Positions 1 through 8,242 are shown, counted from the stretch's first letter. The stretch is 64,000 nucleotides of DNA from an uncultured Pseudomonadota bacterium (GCA_963756545.1 CAVWNY010000001.1:594080-658079); one strand, 5' to 3'. Numbers and translations: made by a program. Notes: a model not told the origin generated them from the letters alone.

Positions 1-1
1 G

Positions 2-163
2 GCGGCCGGAGTCGGCAGCGTCGAACTCGGGCGCCGGCTCAACTTGGACGAGGAGGCGGTGCGCCGGCTGCGCGACCCGCTGCATCGCAGCCATATCGAC
101 GCCGTGGCGTCCGCGCTGCGGGCGCTGGGCCGGCGGCTCGAAGTCAGCGATGTGGCGGCGTAG
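2..163 (+). CDS. HicB-family antitoxin, C-terminal fragment (5' end lies outside window)
   Basis: Frame is open from the window edge to TAG at 161-163. The peptide ...VELGRRLNLDEEAVRRLRDPLHRSHIDAVASALRALGRRLEVSDVAA resembles the HTH tail of HicB antitoxins (xLARRLGVxxxxVxRLLDPxHxSKxxxLxxALxALGKRL). Confidence 0.4.
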   Translation, partial: AAGVGSVELGRRLNLDEEAVRRLRDPLHRSHIDAVASALRALGRRLEVSDVAA

Positions 164-447
164 CGGCTCACATCCGCTGGGCGCGGTCCAGACGGTCTCC
201 GTCGGACTAGCAGCGGGGAAGAAGTCCCTCGTGCGGAACTCGCCCTTGTTCATCCTGAACAGCCGGGCCAGTTCGTTGTTCAGCTCGCCCCACGCCGGTT
301 TGTACGCCGATTGGGGCGGGTTCGCGTCTCCCGTCCTCACGTCCCACAGCGCGACCACACGGGCGATCGTGCCAGCCGGATGGCTCAAATTGTTGGACGT
401 TCGCAGGTGTCATGGGCTAAGCGGGGCGCCCCGACCGACTGAAAGAC

Positions 448-1239
448 ATGCCGCTTTTTCTTCCCGAGGAACTGACAGCCTACCCGAATGAGCATGGGGA
501 CTTGATCGAGGCCCACTTCGGCGCCGCCGCCGCCGACCTCGCCGCCATTCCCTCCAATGTGCGGTTCGTCCTGATCTGCTTCACCAACCGATGCGGCTCG
601 CACTTCCTAGCCGACGCGCTGGCCTCGTCCGGCGTGCTGAACCGGGCGGGAGAGATGTTCAACGCCGAAATCGTGGTTGGCGATTCGAAGGCGCATAACC
701 TGCGCGACCTCGGTCAGTTCGTCGGGCATCTGGCGCGCAGCCAGTCGAAGAACGGCATCCTCGTCAGCAAGGCGACGGTGACGCAAATCGCCGTGCTGGC
801 ACGGGCCGGAATCCTGGACCACATCCTGGCGCGCACGTCGTTTTTGGTGCTGGAGCGCGACGACAAGCTCGGCCAGGCGATCTCCTACGCGCTGGCGCTG
901 GGAACGAGCCAGTGGACGAGCGCGCACGAGGCGCGTGCCGCCGCTGATGCCGTGCCGTTCAATCCAGACCTGGTGCGCGACTTCATCAACGGGATCGCTA
1001 ACGAGATGTCGCTGTTTGACCGATTTTTCGGCCTAAACGGGATTACACCGCTGCATATCAGTTACGAGATGCTGGGCGCGATGCCGGATTTGATAGTAGC
1101 GTGGATCGGCACATGGCTGCGGCTGGCTCTTCGTTTTAAGCCTCTAGCTTTGCGCTTCCGTCGTCAGTCTGCCGATGTCAACCAGCGTTGGCGTAAACAG
1201 TACCTTGGTTTAGAGGAAAACTATAGAGGTGGCCGCTGA
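448..1239 (+). CDS. Stf0-family sulfotransferase
   Basis: 263-aa ORF. The N-terminal PAPS-loop-like FVLICFTNRCGSHFLADALASSG, the LVLERDDKLGQAISYALALGTSQW block and the C-terminal RQSADVNQRWRKQY run colinear with my recollection of mycobacterial Stf0 (YVILASQRSGSTLL..., IHRPDVVSQAVSFWRAVQT..., ERQADQRSDEWVQRY). Confidence 0.7.
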   Translation: MPLFLPEELTAYPNEHGDLIEAHFGAAAADLAAIPSNVRFVLICFTNRCGSHFLADALASSGVLNRAGEMFNAEIVVGDSKAHNLRDLGQFVGHLARSQSKNGILVSKATVTQIAVLARAGILDHILARTSFLVLERDDKLGQAISYALALGTSQWTSAHEARAAADAVPFNPDLVRDFINGIANEMSLFDRFFGLNGITPLHISYEMLGAMPDLIVAWIGTWLRLALRFKPLALRFRRQSADVNQRWRKQYLGLEENYRGGR

Positions 1240-1307
1240 ACACATTTACAAAGACGGTCGGGCCTGGTGATGGCTCACACTTCCCAGCCGACGATAAGGG
1301 CCAGACT

Positions 1308-2447
1308 GTGGTAACCAATTTTCCCATGATGAACTCTGCGACCATGCCGCTCGACGAGATCTATACCAAGTTTGAGAGCTTGGGGAATAATTGTGAGCTC
1401 GGCATTGTGCAACGTAGGTCCGGCTATGACGCCCCAGGACTTTTCAGGAATGTTGGCTATCTCAATGTATTGCAAATTGTCAAGGCGCTCACTGTAAATC
1501 TAGATACGATGTTCGACCTTGGCGCGTTTTCGTTTTTGCACCGGGAAGGTTGGCCGGATTGGGTACTTCATTGTGATCGCTTCGGCTTTGCTTTTCATTC
1601 TGGTATTCCCGCGCATATCGACAGGGGTGGGCTAGAATGGGAGCGGTACTCGGGCAAATGCATCGCTTCATTTTTGTTTATGAAGCGAAAGTTTCAGGAA
1701 GACCTTTCGAATGGCACGAAATGTTTTGTCTTTCGATCAAGAGAAGCCCTGGAGGGGGCCGAAATTGATCGCCTCCACTTAGCGATAGGAGCTTGCGGGC
1801 CAGGTTGGCTGCTTTACGTTCGGGAAGACGACTTGATCCCCGCAGGCTCCGTTCGCCTCATCAGGGACAGATTGCTAGTCGCCTCGGTCGCCCGTCTCTC
1901 GAACGAAAATCCGCCTCAAATCGAATTCCTATCCTGGGAAAAAATTGCGCGCAAAGCGCTGGCAATCAGATATGGAGGTCGCGGTTTCCCTGGTATGTGG
2001 CAGTCGCCAAACGCCGAAACAAATCTCGTTTTGGATGTCCCACCACCCTCTGAAGGGTTGGATGTTCTGGAGCATTCAATTTTGCCGCACGCCGACGGGG
2101 AGCCGGTGTTTAATTATCATCGATCGGATGCTCACCCAGACGGAACTTATACGGCGACGTGCTGGGTGCTGGTGCCTGACGAGTTCGATGCGAAAAGCAT
2201 TGGCTTGGCCATGCTTGGCTACCGCTCGCTTCGCTTCAAGGAGATCGACTTGCAGAGGCGCGGGATATGGCAGCGGATTTGGGCAACCACTCGTATACCA
2301 TCCGACCGGCGCGGGCTGGCACCCAGCCTTATAGCTAACGGCACTTCATCGGGGAAGAAAATCTACACGGCAGGATGGGAACTTATCGAAGGGACTAGCT
2401 ACGATTGGGCCTATAACCGCGTTATCCCGCTCGGAGATCGTGTCTGA
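1308..2447 (+). CDS. hypothetical protein (weak DUF1796-like SLGxNCE N-terminal motif)
   Basis: 379-aa ORF in a clearly lower-GC stretch. It starts at GTG 1308, with alternative ATGs at 1326/1329. N-terminal FESLGNNCELGIVQRRSGYDAPGLF resembles the SLGxNCE motif of DUF1796-type proteins. I do not recognise the rest. Confidence 0.55.
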   Translation: MVTNFPMMNSATMPLDEIYTKFESLGNNCELGIVQRRSGYDAPGLFRNVGYLNVLQIVKALTVNLDTMFDLGAFSFLHREGWPDWVLHCDRFGFAFHSGIPAHIDRGGLEWERYSGKCIASFLFMKRKFQEDLSNGTKCFVFRSREALEGAEIDRLHLAIGACGPGWLLYVREDDLIPAGSVRLIRDRLLVASVARLSNENPPQIEFLSWEKIARKALAIRYGGRGFPGMWQSPNAETNLVLDVPPPSEGLDVLEHSILPHADGEPVFNYHRSDAHPDGTYTATCWVLVPDEFDAKSIGLAMLGYRSLRFKEIDLQRRGIWQRIWATTRIPSDRRGLAPSLIANGTSSGKKIYTAGWELIEGTSYDWAYNRVIPLGDRV

Positions 2448-2562
2448 ACCGGACGCGGCCATCGATGGTTGTTGACGCAGGCGTCAGACGGGGAGGCGCT
2501 GATCAAGGTTTGAGTGGGACACCGAGGAGATTTAAGGAGGTAGCAATTCGGCTAGGTGTCAA

Positions 2563-4569
2563 TCAGCCCGCGACGATCAACATATACGGCCTCTCGTCCA
2601 AGGTATTTGTCCCAAAGCCCATCGCCAGCTTGCCGTTCGAGAGATCGGCACCTGTGTAGCCCGCAAGGGTAATAAATGCCGCGCGGCCAGACGCCATTTC
2701 GTGCAAGGTAAGGCCGGAATACGCTGGCACGCCTTGGGTGTCCGCAAAACTGAACTGAGAATCTTGCGGCGTAATCCCCCAGACGACGGCGGCGTCGCCG
2801 GCATGAAAATTCACGAGTGTGTTCCAAGTAACGGGATTGTTTTGTGCGTTCAGAAAGAACGTGTCTGTACCCGACCCTCCGAACAGGAAATTAACCGTTC
2901 CACCGGTGCTATCCAGGACGTTGCTACCGCTTTGTGCAATCAAGATGTCGTTTCCTAAACCGCTTTGGATAAACTCATTCGGTGCTTGTGCCGTGATGCA
3001 GAGGTTATCTGGCGACAAATCGACGAAGGTCTGGCCGTTGCCCGCCACGGTACCAGCGTCGCCAACAATCTGGCCCGTGGTTGTATCCGTGACAAGAAAA
3101 TTCGCAGGTGCTGGTGGGGGGATGTCAACGGGTGATGCACCGCGATCCAGGGAGGACGCCTGAACCGGAATCGTCTGATTTGACTTTGAATTTGACTGCG
3201 GTGCTCCTTGGGCAACCACGTTAGGCGCGCCGGAACTGGTTGTGGTACGCGACGAATAGATAGTGGAAGACACGACCGGCGTAGTCGACATGCCCGATGA
3301 GATCGATCCCGTGACCGAGGCCGCCAACGCAGGGGGCGTCCCGGTGTCAGTTCCAGGAGCCGGGGACGAGCCACTGGCGATAGCGTTGGGAGCGATTGGG
3401 AGCGTGGATCCGGGGGGCGTCCCGGTGTCAGTTCCAGGAGCCGGGGACGAGTCACTCGCGATAACGCCGGGAGCGACAGGAAGCGTGGATGCGGGCGGCG
3501 TGACTGGTGCTACCGACTCGCCTGAAGAAACTGAGATGATGTTGACCATGCCGAGGCTTGCCGCATCGGCCCCGGTTCCATAGCTATATGTTTGCGATCT
3601 ATCCTGAACAACCGATACATTTGCGAACTCGAAGCCTACGGCGAGACTTCCCTGCGGCTCTGGCGTCCCGGCCGGGTTGCCAATTGCCGTTTCCGTTTCG
3701 AGACCAATATACATCGAACCCAGCGTCCAACCGGACATGTTCTGCTCAGCCGCGCCGAGTCCGCTGTGTTCAATTAAGTCGCTGAGATGGGCGTTCAGGC
3801 TGTAGGAGAGGGAGTGCTGAGAGCCGCTGTCTGCCTCGTATGCAAGGGCGGACTCTCCGGGCAAAAGATGACTGTAAGTGATTACCCCGCCGCCACTCGA
3901 CGGTCCTTGCACATTATCATAGAGCGCCCCGGACGCGCCCCCGCCTGAAGCAGAGATCGGTATCTGGATGAACGCAGTCCACGTCGGGAGAGTTGAGTTG
4001 TATGTCGCCGTCGATGGGGCATTGAATGTCGCCACAAATCCAGTGAAGACCTGAGCCAGGACGGCACCGTTGGAAGCTGCGGTCGAGTTGAAATACGCGA
4101 TGTCCGCCTGCGTAATTCTCGCGTCGATCTGGTAGGTGATGGGGCTCGCGAAATTCGCTGTGACGCTTGCCGGAGCGCTGAGAAAAAGGTTCGCCCCTCC
4201 TCTGCTCGACAGGATGCCACCGGATGCGCTGAGATCATAGACCCAGCCGGCATTGTTCACCTGATATGCTTGAAGATGATATGCTTGAAGAGCCGATTCG
4301 CCGTCGCTCGTCGACCATGAGTAGGCGGCGTCGCCGCTAAGTAGATTGTAACTGGAGGGGGCGTTTGTCTGCATCGATGTCGGCTGCAGGTATTGCGCCT
4401 TTGACCACTCGATAACATCCCAGTTTGAGGCATTGCCTGAAATGTCCGGCAAGTTGGGAAAAAACACCGGTTCGTTATTAGCTACTTGCCCAATCCCGAA
4501 GGCCATCTTCGGCCCTTCTACTGAGGGATCAGTGAAGAGTTGGAGACTGGTATCAGACTGGTTTGGCAT
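2563..4569 (-). CDS. large secreted-type repeat protein with RTX-like Ca-binding motifs
   Basis: Long ORF (track 2563..4731, TTG start). I prefer ATG 4569 (MPNQSDTSLQLF...). No N-terminal signal peptide. It has an S/T/P-rich linker with two 27-aa repeats. The C-terminal region carries GLGNDILIA and GGSGTDTFF (GGxGxD nonapeptide-like) motifs. Lower GC than its surroundings. Confidence 0.7.
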   Translation of the reverse strand: MPNQSDTSLQLFTDPSVEGPKMAFGIGQVANNEPVFFPNLPDISGNASNWDVIEWSKAQYLQPTSMQTNAPSSYNLLSGDAAYSWSTSDGESALQAYHLQAYQVNNAGWVYDLSASGGILSSRGGANLFLSAPASVTANFASPITYQIDARITQADIAYFNSTAASNGAVLAQVFTGFVATFNAPSTATYNSTLPTWTAFIQIPISASGGGASGALYDNVQGPSSGGGVITYSHLLPGESALAYEADSGSQHSLSYSLNAHLSDLIEHSGLGAAEQNMSGWTLGSMYIGLETETAIGNPAGTPEPQGSLAVGFEFANVSVVQDRSQTYSYGTGADAASLGMVNIISVSSGESVAPVTPPASTLPVAPGVIASDSSPAPGTDTGTPPGSTLPIAPNAIASGSSPAPGTDTGTPPALAASVTGSISSGMSTTPVVSSTIYSSRTTTSSGAPNVVAQGAPQSNSKSNQTIPVQASSLDRGASPVDIPPPAPANFLVTDTTTGQIVGDAGTVAGNGQTFVDLSPDNLCITAQAPNEFIQSGLGNDILIAQSGSNVLDSTGGTVNFLFGGSGTDTFFLNAQNNPVTWNTLVNFHAGDAAVVWGITPQDSQFSFADTQGVPAYSGLTLHEMASGRAAFITLAGYTGADLSNGKLAMGFGTNTLDERPYMLIVAG
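3332..3493. repeat. 81-bp direct tandem duplication (2 units) inside the repeat-protein CDS
   Basis: ggggcgtcccggtgtcagttccaggagccggggacgag... recurs 81 nt later. The units encode STLPVAPGVIASDSSPAPGTDTGTPPG and STLPIAPNAIASGSSPAPGTDTGTPPA on the minus strand. Confidence 0.85.
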
Positions 4570-4890
4570 GGAAACTTGGTCGCCTTTGAGATTCCTGCCT
4601 TCCAGTGCTAAACAGAGGACTCCTGGGATTTTCCTGGTTCGACAAGCATTAATTGCCTGCGCTCTTTTTTGAGAGAACCTTGTTACTGAACACCGGGTGG
4701 AAAATAGTTCTTTTGTCCTATTTTCCTGCAATTGTGATCTAGAGCTTTTATTGCCCAGACGATGCCGGAGATTTGCGCAGAAACCCTTAACGAATTGTAA
4801 AATTGAATCTAAAATTTATTCTCCTATCCCGATTTTTTGATGGTGAATTGATTTTTTAGAGCGCGCCTTCACCTTCCGTTAGTAACTCGA

Positions 4891-5523
4891 ATGCAACAAA
4901 GTCGAGAGGCGACGAGGATTTTCATGCGGTACAGTCGAACTTTGGTTCTGGCGGCGGCGGCCGTCGCGGCGGTGGCGGCGGACAGGCCAGTGGTCGCTGC
5001 CGATCCGGCTCATTTCGCGGTCATGGGCGTCCGCCTCTACATGAGCGCGCAGGAGGTGCTAGCCGCGCTCTACGCCCAGGGCGTGCGCGAGGATGGGGTG
5101 AGCGAGCATGTCCACCCCTGCGCGCTGCACGCCTCCGCCGCCTGCACCGACAGCATCTCCGCTCGCCTGCCGGACGGGCCGATCACGATCAGGTTCACCG
5201 ACGTGCCCGCCGGCTTCAACGAGGGGCGGGAAGCCGCCGTCAGCGTCGCCTATCGCCTGACCAGTACGCCGAGTACTACCGCCGAAATGCGCGCCGTAGC
5301 TGAACAGCGGTTTGGCCCGCTTTCGGTTGCAACCGATGGCGCCTGGTGCGCCGGCGCGGCGACGACCTGCCCCGAGGACCGTCCGCGGATGGCGTTCCGG
5401 CGTGGCGCTACCGGCGCGGGCGAACTGGCGCTGACCGATCTCGGCCTGCCGGCCCGGCTGACCCTCGGCGCCGGCACGCAATCGGCCCTGGGCGGCCGGC
5501 AGGGCCGCCCAGCGTTGCGTTAA
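4891..5523 (+). CDS. hypothetical exported protein
   Basis: 210-aa ORF. The likely start is ATG 4924 (MRYSRTLVLAAAAVAAVAADRPVVAA..., signal-peptide-like). No recognisable domain. Confidence 0.5.
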   Translation: MQQSREATRIFMRYSRTLVLAAAAVAAVAADRPVVAADPAHFAVMGVRLYMSAQEVLAALYAQGVREDGVSEHVHPCALHASAACTDSISARLPDGPITIRFTDVPAGFNEGREAAVSVAYRLTSTPSTTAEMRAVAEQRFGPLSVATDGAWCAGAATTCPEDRPRMAFRRGATGAGELALTDLGLPARLTLGAGTQSALGGRQGRPALR

Positions 5524-5702
5524 ATGGCGAGAGTTGTGCGAGCCGCTGACCCTGCGGTGCGTTAATCTCAAAATGTTCTGTACGATCTATAATTGCGGAA
5601 GGGGCTGGCCCCTTGGCGGCTGCTAACGGCGAGGCAGTGTTGCCGCCGGGCGGCGGCGATGTGGCAAATCAGCATCCCTCTACCAGAGGTTGCAATTCCC
5701 CA

Positions 5703-5732
5703 TTGACATCGTTGTCAAATCAACTTTAAGTT
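5703..5732 (+). promoter_or_regulatory. candidate sigma70-type promoter with a palindromic -35 region
   Basis: TTGACA (5703-5708), a 17-18 nt spacer, then TTAAGT/TAAGTT (5726-5732). TTGACAtcgtTGTCAA (5703-5718) is a perfect 6-bp inverted repeat. It lies ~30 nt upstream of GGAGGA (5750-5755) and ATG 5763. Confidence 0.3.
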
Positions 5733-5941
5733 GCATCATAACGATGGTCGGAGGACGCCAAAATGGCGGAACAGGTCTTGCCAAGGCTGGTCGCCTTAAT
5801 GATCGAAACAAAAAAGGCGCAAGCGGCTGCGGTGTACGATTTCGGGAAGGTTCGGATCGGCGCATGCGGCAACCCCTCCATCATTCCCTCGTTTGTCCGG
5901 TTCACAATACCTTCGGCCTCTCACATCGCACCGGGCTTACG

Positions 5942-6039
5942 TTCATCGTCATGGCCGGGCTTGGGCCCGGCCACCCACGTCTTCTTCGGGCCGCGAGGAA
6001 AACGTGGGTGCCCGGGCCAAGCCCGGGCATGACGATGAA
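5942..6039. repeat. ~98-nt palindromic intergenic element (REP/MITE-like)
   Basis: Left arm is ttcatcgtcatggccgggcttgggcccggccacccacgt (5942-5980). Right arm is acgtgggtgcccgggccaagcccgggcatgacgatgaa (6002-6039). They form near-perfect inverted repeats of ~38 nt around a 21-nt spacer. Confidence 0.7.
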
Positions 6040-6063
6040 AATTTGCGGTCGGGCAGCCATCCG

Positions 6064-7011
6064 TCATCGCCCGCGCATCGCCTCCACGGCCTCCCGCAGC
6101 CTTGCGGGATCGACCGCGATCTCCACCCCCGCGCGCTCGGTCTGCAACAGCATCGCCGCGCGCGAATCCCGATCCGCCCAGCCGCGGTTCATCGCCTCGG
6201 TCATCTCGGCCAGCACCAGGTTCGCCAGCCGCATCGGCACCCCCATCTCGCGGCCCAGCGCGCAGGCGAGCGAGACGTCCTTGTGGGCGAGGCGCAGCGC
6301 GAAGGCGGGCGGTTCGTAGGTGTTGGACAGGAACTGGTCGGGCAGGGCGTCGAACGCGCCGCGCCGCCCCAGGGCACCCTGGCGCACCGCCTCCCAGATC
6401 GCCAGCGGCTCGATGCCGGCCTTCACCCCCATGCTGAAGACCTCGGCCAAGCCCGTCGTCATTATATAGCCGAACATGTTGTGGACGAGCTTGGCGACCG
6501 ATCCGGCGCCGATCGGGCCGACATGGCTCGCCTGGTCGCTCATCGCGTCCAGAACGGGCTTGCAGCGATCGAACACCGCGCGCTCCCCGCCGACCCAGAT
6601 GGCGAGCTTGCCGGACTCGGCGCCACGCGGCCCGCCGCTCACCGGCGCATCCAGCACATGCGCGCCGCGCTCGGCGAAGATGGCATGGACGCGGCGGACG
6701 ACCGTGGGCGCGTTCGTGCTCAGGTCGAAATACGCGCCGTCGGGGCGCATCCCCGCAAGCAGGCCCTGCTCGCCGAGCGCGACCGCCTCCATCTCGGGCG
6801 GGCCGGGCAGCGAGGTGAACACGACGTCCGCCTGCGCCGCGACCGCGCGCGGCGTGTCGGCCCACGCCGCGCCGCTCGCGACCGCCCGATCCGCCGCCGC
6901 GCGGCGCAAATCGTGGACAACCAGCGCGTGCCCGGCCTTCTGAAGGTTGGCGGCCATGCCGGCCCCCATGGTGCCGAGGCCGATGAAACCGATCCGCATG
7001 GCGCTACTCAT
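6064..7011 (-). CDS. NAD(P)-dependent oxidoreductase, 3-hydroxyisobutyrate dehydrogenase (MmsB/GarR) family
   Basis: The N-terminal Rossmann motif MRIGFIGLGTMGAGMA and full-length colinearity fit the beta-hydroxyacid dehydrogenase family. The start is ATG 7011, or more likely ATG 6999. Confidence 0.85.
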   Translation of the reverse strand: MSSAMRIGFIGLGTMGAGMAANLQKAGHALVVHDLRRAAADRAVASGAAWADTPRAVAAQADVVFTSLPGPPEMEAVALGEQGLLAGMRPDGAYFDLSTNAPTVVRRVHAIFAERGAHVLDAPVSGGPRGAESGKLAIWVGGERAVFDRCKPVLDAMSDQASHVGPIGAGSVAKLVHNMFGYIMTTGLAEVFSMGVKAGIEPLAIWEAVRQGALGRRGAFDALPDQFLSNTYEPPAFALRLAHKDVSLACALGREMGVPMRLANLVLAEMTEAMNRGWADRDSRAAMLLQTERAGVEIAVDPARLREAVEAMRGR

Positions 7012-7331
7012 TCTCCGCGAACACCTCGCGCGCGATGTTCGCCGCCGTCATGGCCGCCGGCCAGCCGGCGTAGAAGGCGACATGGGTGATGAGTTCGGAC
7101 AAGTTCCTCCTTGCTCAGCCCGTTGAACAGGGCGCGGCCGAGATGGCCCCTGAGCTGCTCGGGGCGGTAGGTCGCGACCAGCACGGCGCAGGTGATCAGG
7201 CTGCGGTCGCGCTTCGACAGCTCCGGGCGCTCCCAGATGTCGCCGAACAGCGTCTTCTCGGTCACGTCGATCAGCTTGGGGACGGTGGCGCGAACCCGGT
7301 CGCGCGCTGCCGACGAGGGTGGCTTGGCCAT
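7004..7331 (-). pseudogene. carboxymuconolactone decarboxylase (CMD/AhpD-like) family gene with a 1-nt frameshift near its 3' end
   Basis: ATG 7331 is preceded by GGGAGGAAAG. The product reads MAKPPSS...ELSKRDRSLITCAVLVAT...NGLSKEEL in one frame. The family-typical tail SELITHVAFYAGWPAAMTAANIAREVFAENE* continues in a different frame (stop 7004-7006). The switch lies at about 7095-7101 (cttgtCCgaactc). Confidence 0.7.
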
Positions 7332-7460
7332 GATCTTTCCTCCCGCTTGTTGGAGCTGGCATTGCACACCTCCCGGGATTTCGAGTCCAATCGGCGAGCG
7401 GGGGATGCCGGGCGATCGCGACTTGACCAAAAACACCGTCCCGTTGGGGGAGGACATCGC

Positions 7461-8207
7461 ATGGCTGATCAGGACAAGGCGGCGCTGGTGACGGGGAGCG
7501 CGGGCAATATCGGGCGGGGCATCGCGCTGGCGCTGGCGCGCGACGGCTTCCGCGTCCTGGTGACGGCGCGCGCCTCGCGCGAGGGCTGCGAGGAGACGGC
7601 CCGCCTCGTCGCCGAGGCGGGATCGGAGGCGGCGGTGCATCTGGCCGACATCGCCGACCCGGCGCAGGCGCGTGGGCTGGTCGAGGCGGCGGTCGCGCGC
7701 TTCGGGCGGCTCGATGCGCTGGTCAACAACGCCTCGGTCCGCCGCCAGACGCCGCTGGCGGAGATCGGCGCGGAGGAATGGCGCTGGATTCTCGGCAGCA
7801 CGCTCGATGGGGCCTTCTACTGCGCGCAGGCCGCCGCGCCGCACATCGCGCGGGCCGGCGGGGGCAGCATCGTCAACCTCGGCGGCATCTCGGCGCATGT
7901 GGCGCCCCTGGGGCGCGTGCACGTCGCGGTCGCCAAGGCCGGCATGGTCGGGCTGACGCGCGCGCTGGCCCGCGAGCTGGCGGGCGATCGGATCACCGTC
8001 AACGCCGTCGCGCCGGGCGCGATCGACACGGTGCGCGGCCACGCCGCCGGCGGCAACGCAGGGCGCGCGAAGCTGCCCGACAACCTCGCCGCGCGCCCCG
8101 GCACGATCGAGGAGATCGCCGAGATGGTGCGCTACCTCTGCTCGGCCCCGGCGCGCTTCATCACCGGCCAGGTGATCCACGTGAACGGCGGGGCCTTTAT
8201 GGGCTGA
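7461..8207 (+). CDS. SDR-family oxidoreductase (atypical: no catalytic Tyr visible)
   Basis: ATG 7461 follows GGGGGAGGA. It has the TGSAGNIGRG cofactor motif and an NNAS motif. The expected YxxxK is HVAVAK. Only the last 248 aa of the track ORF 7086..8207 look real. Confidence 0.8.
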   Translation: MADQDKAALVTGSAGNIGRGIALALARDGFRVLVTARASREGCEETARLVAEAGSEAAVHLADIADPAQARGLVEAAVARFGRLDALVNNASVRRQTPLAEIGAEEWRWILGSTLDGAFYCAQAAAPHIARAGGGSIVNLGGISAHVAPLGRVHVAVAKAGMVGLTRALARELAGDRITVNAVAPGAIDTVRGHAAGGNAGRAKLPDNLAARPGTIEEIAEMVRYLCSAPARFITGQVIHVNGGAFMG

Positions 8208-8242
8208 TCCCATCGGCTCGTGGGCTAACCGCTCCTATCCTC

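Noticed and set aside
164-410. A minus-strand frame that is open from a stop at 410-412 to the window edge. Part of it looks protein-like: ...TIARVVALWDVRTGDANPPQSAYKPAWGELNNELARLFRMNKGEFRTRDFF...
   Set aside because: It has no stop within the window, so it would have to run antisense through the HicB-like tail (2-163), where it turns into low-complexity sequence. I recognise no family. It may be a gene relic, but I cannot support a call.
3332-3493. Whether the tandem repeat, or the REP copies, represent a CRISPR array.
   Set aside because: There are only two contiguous 81-bp units with no spacers, and they lie in frame inside a CDS. The REP copies are dispersed palindromes. No cas genes are present.
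7332-8213. The upstream 294 codons of track ORF 7008..8213 (minus strand).
   Set aside because: Only the last ~107 codons (from ATG 7331, with a strong SD) look like a CMD-family protein. The remainder is antisense to the SDR gene.
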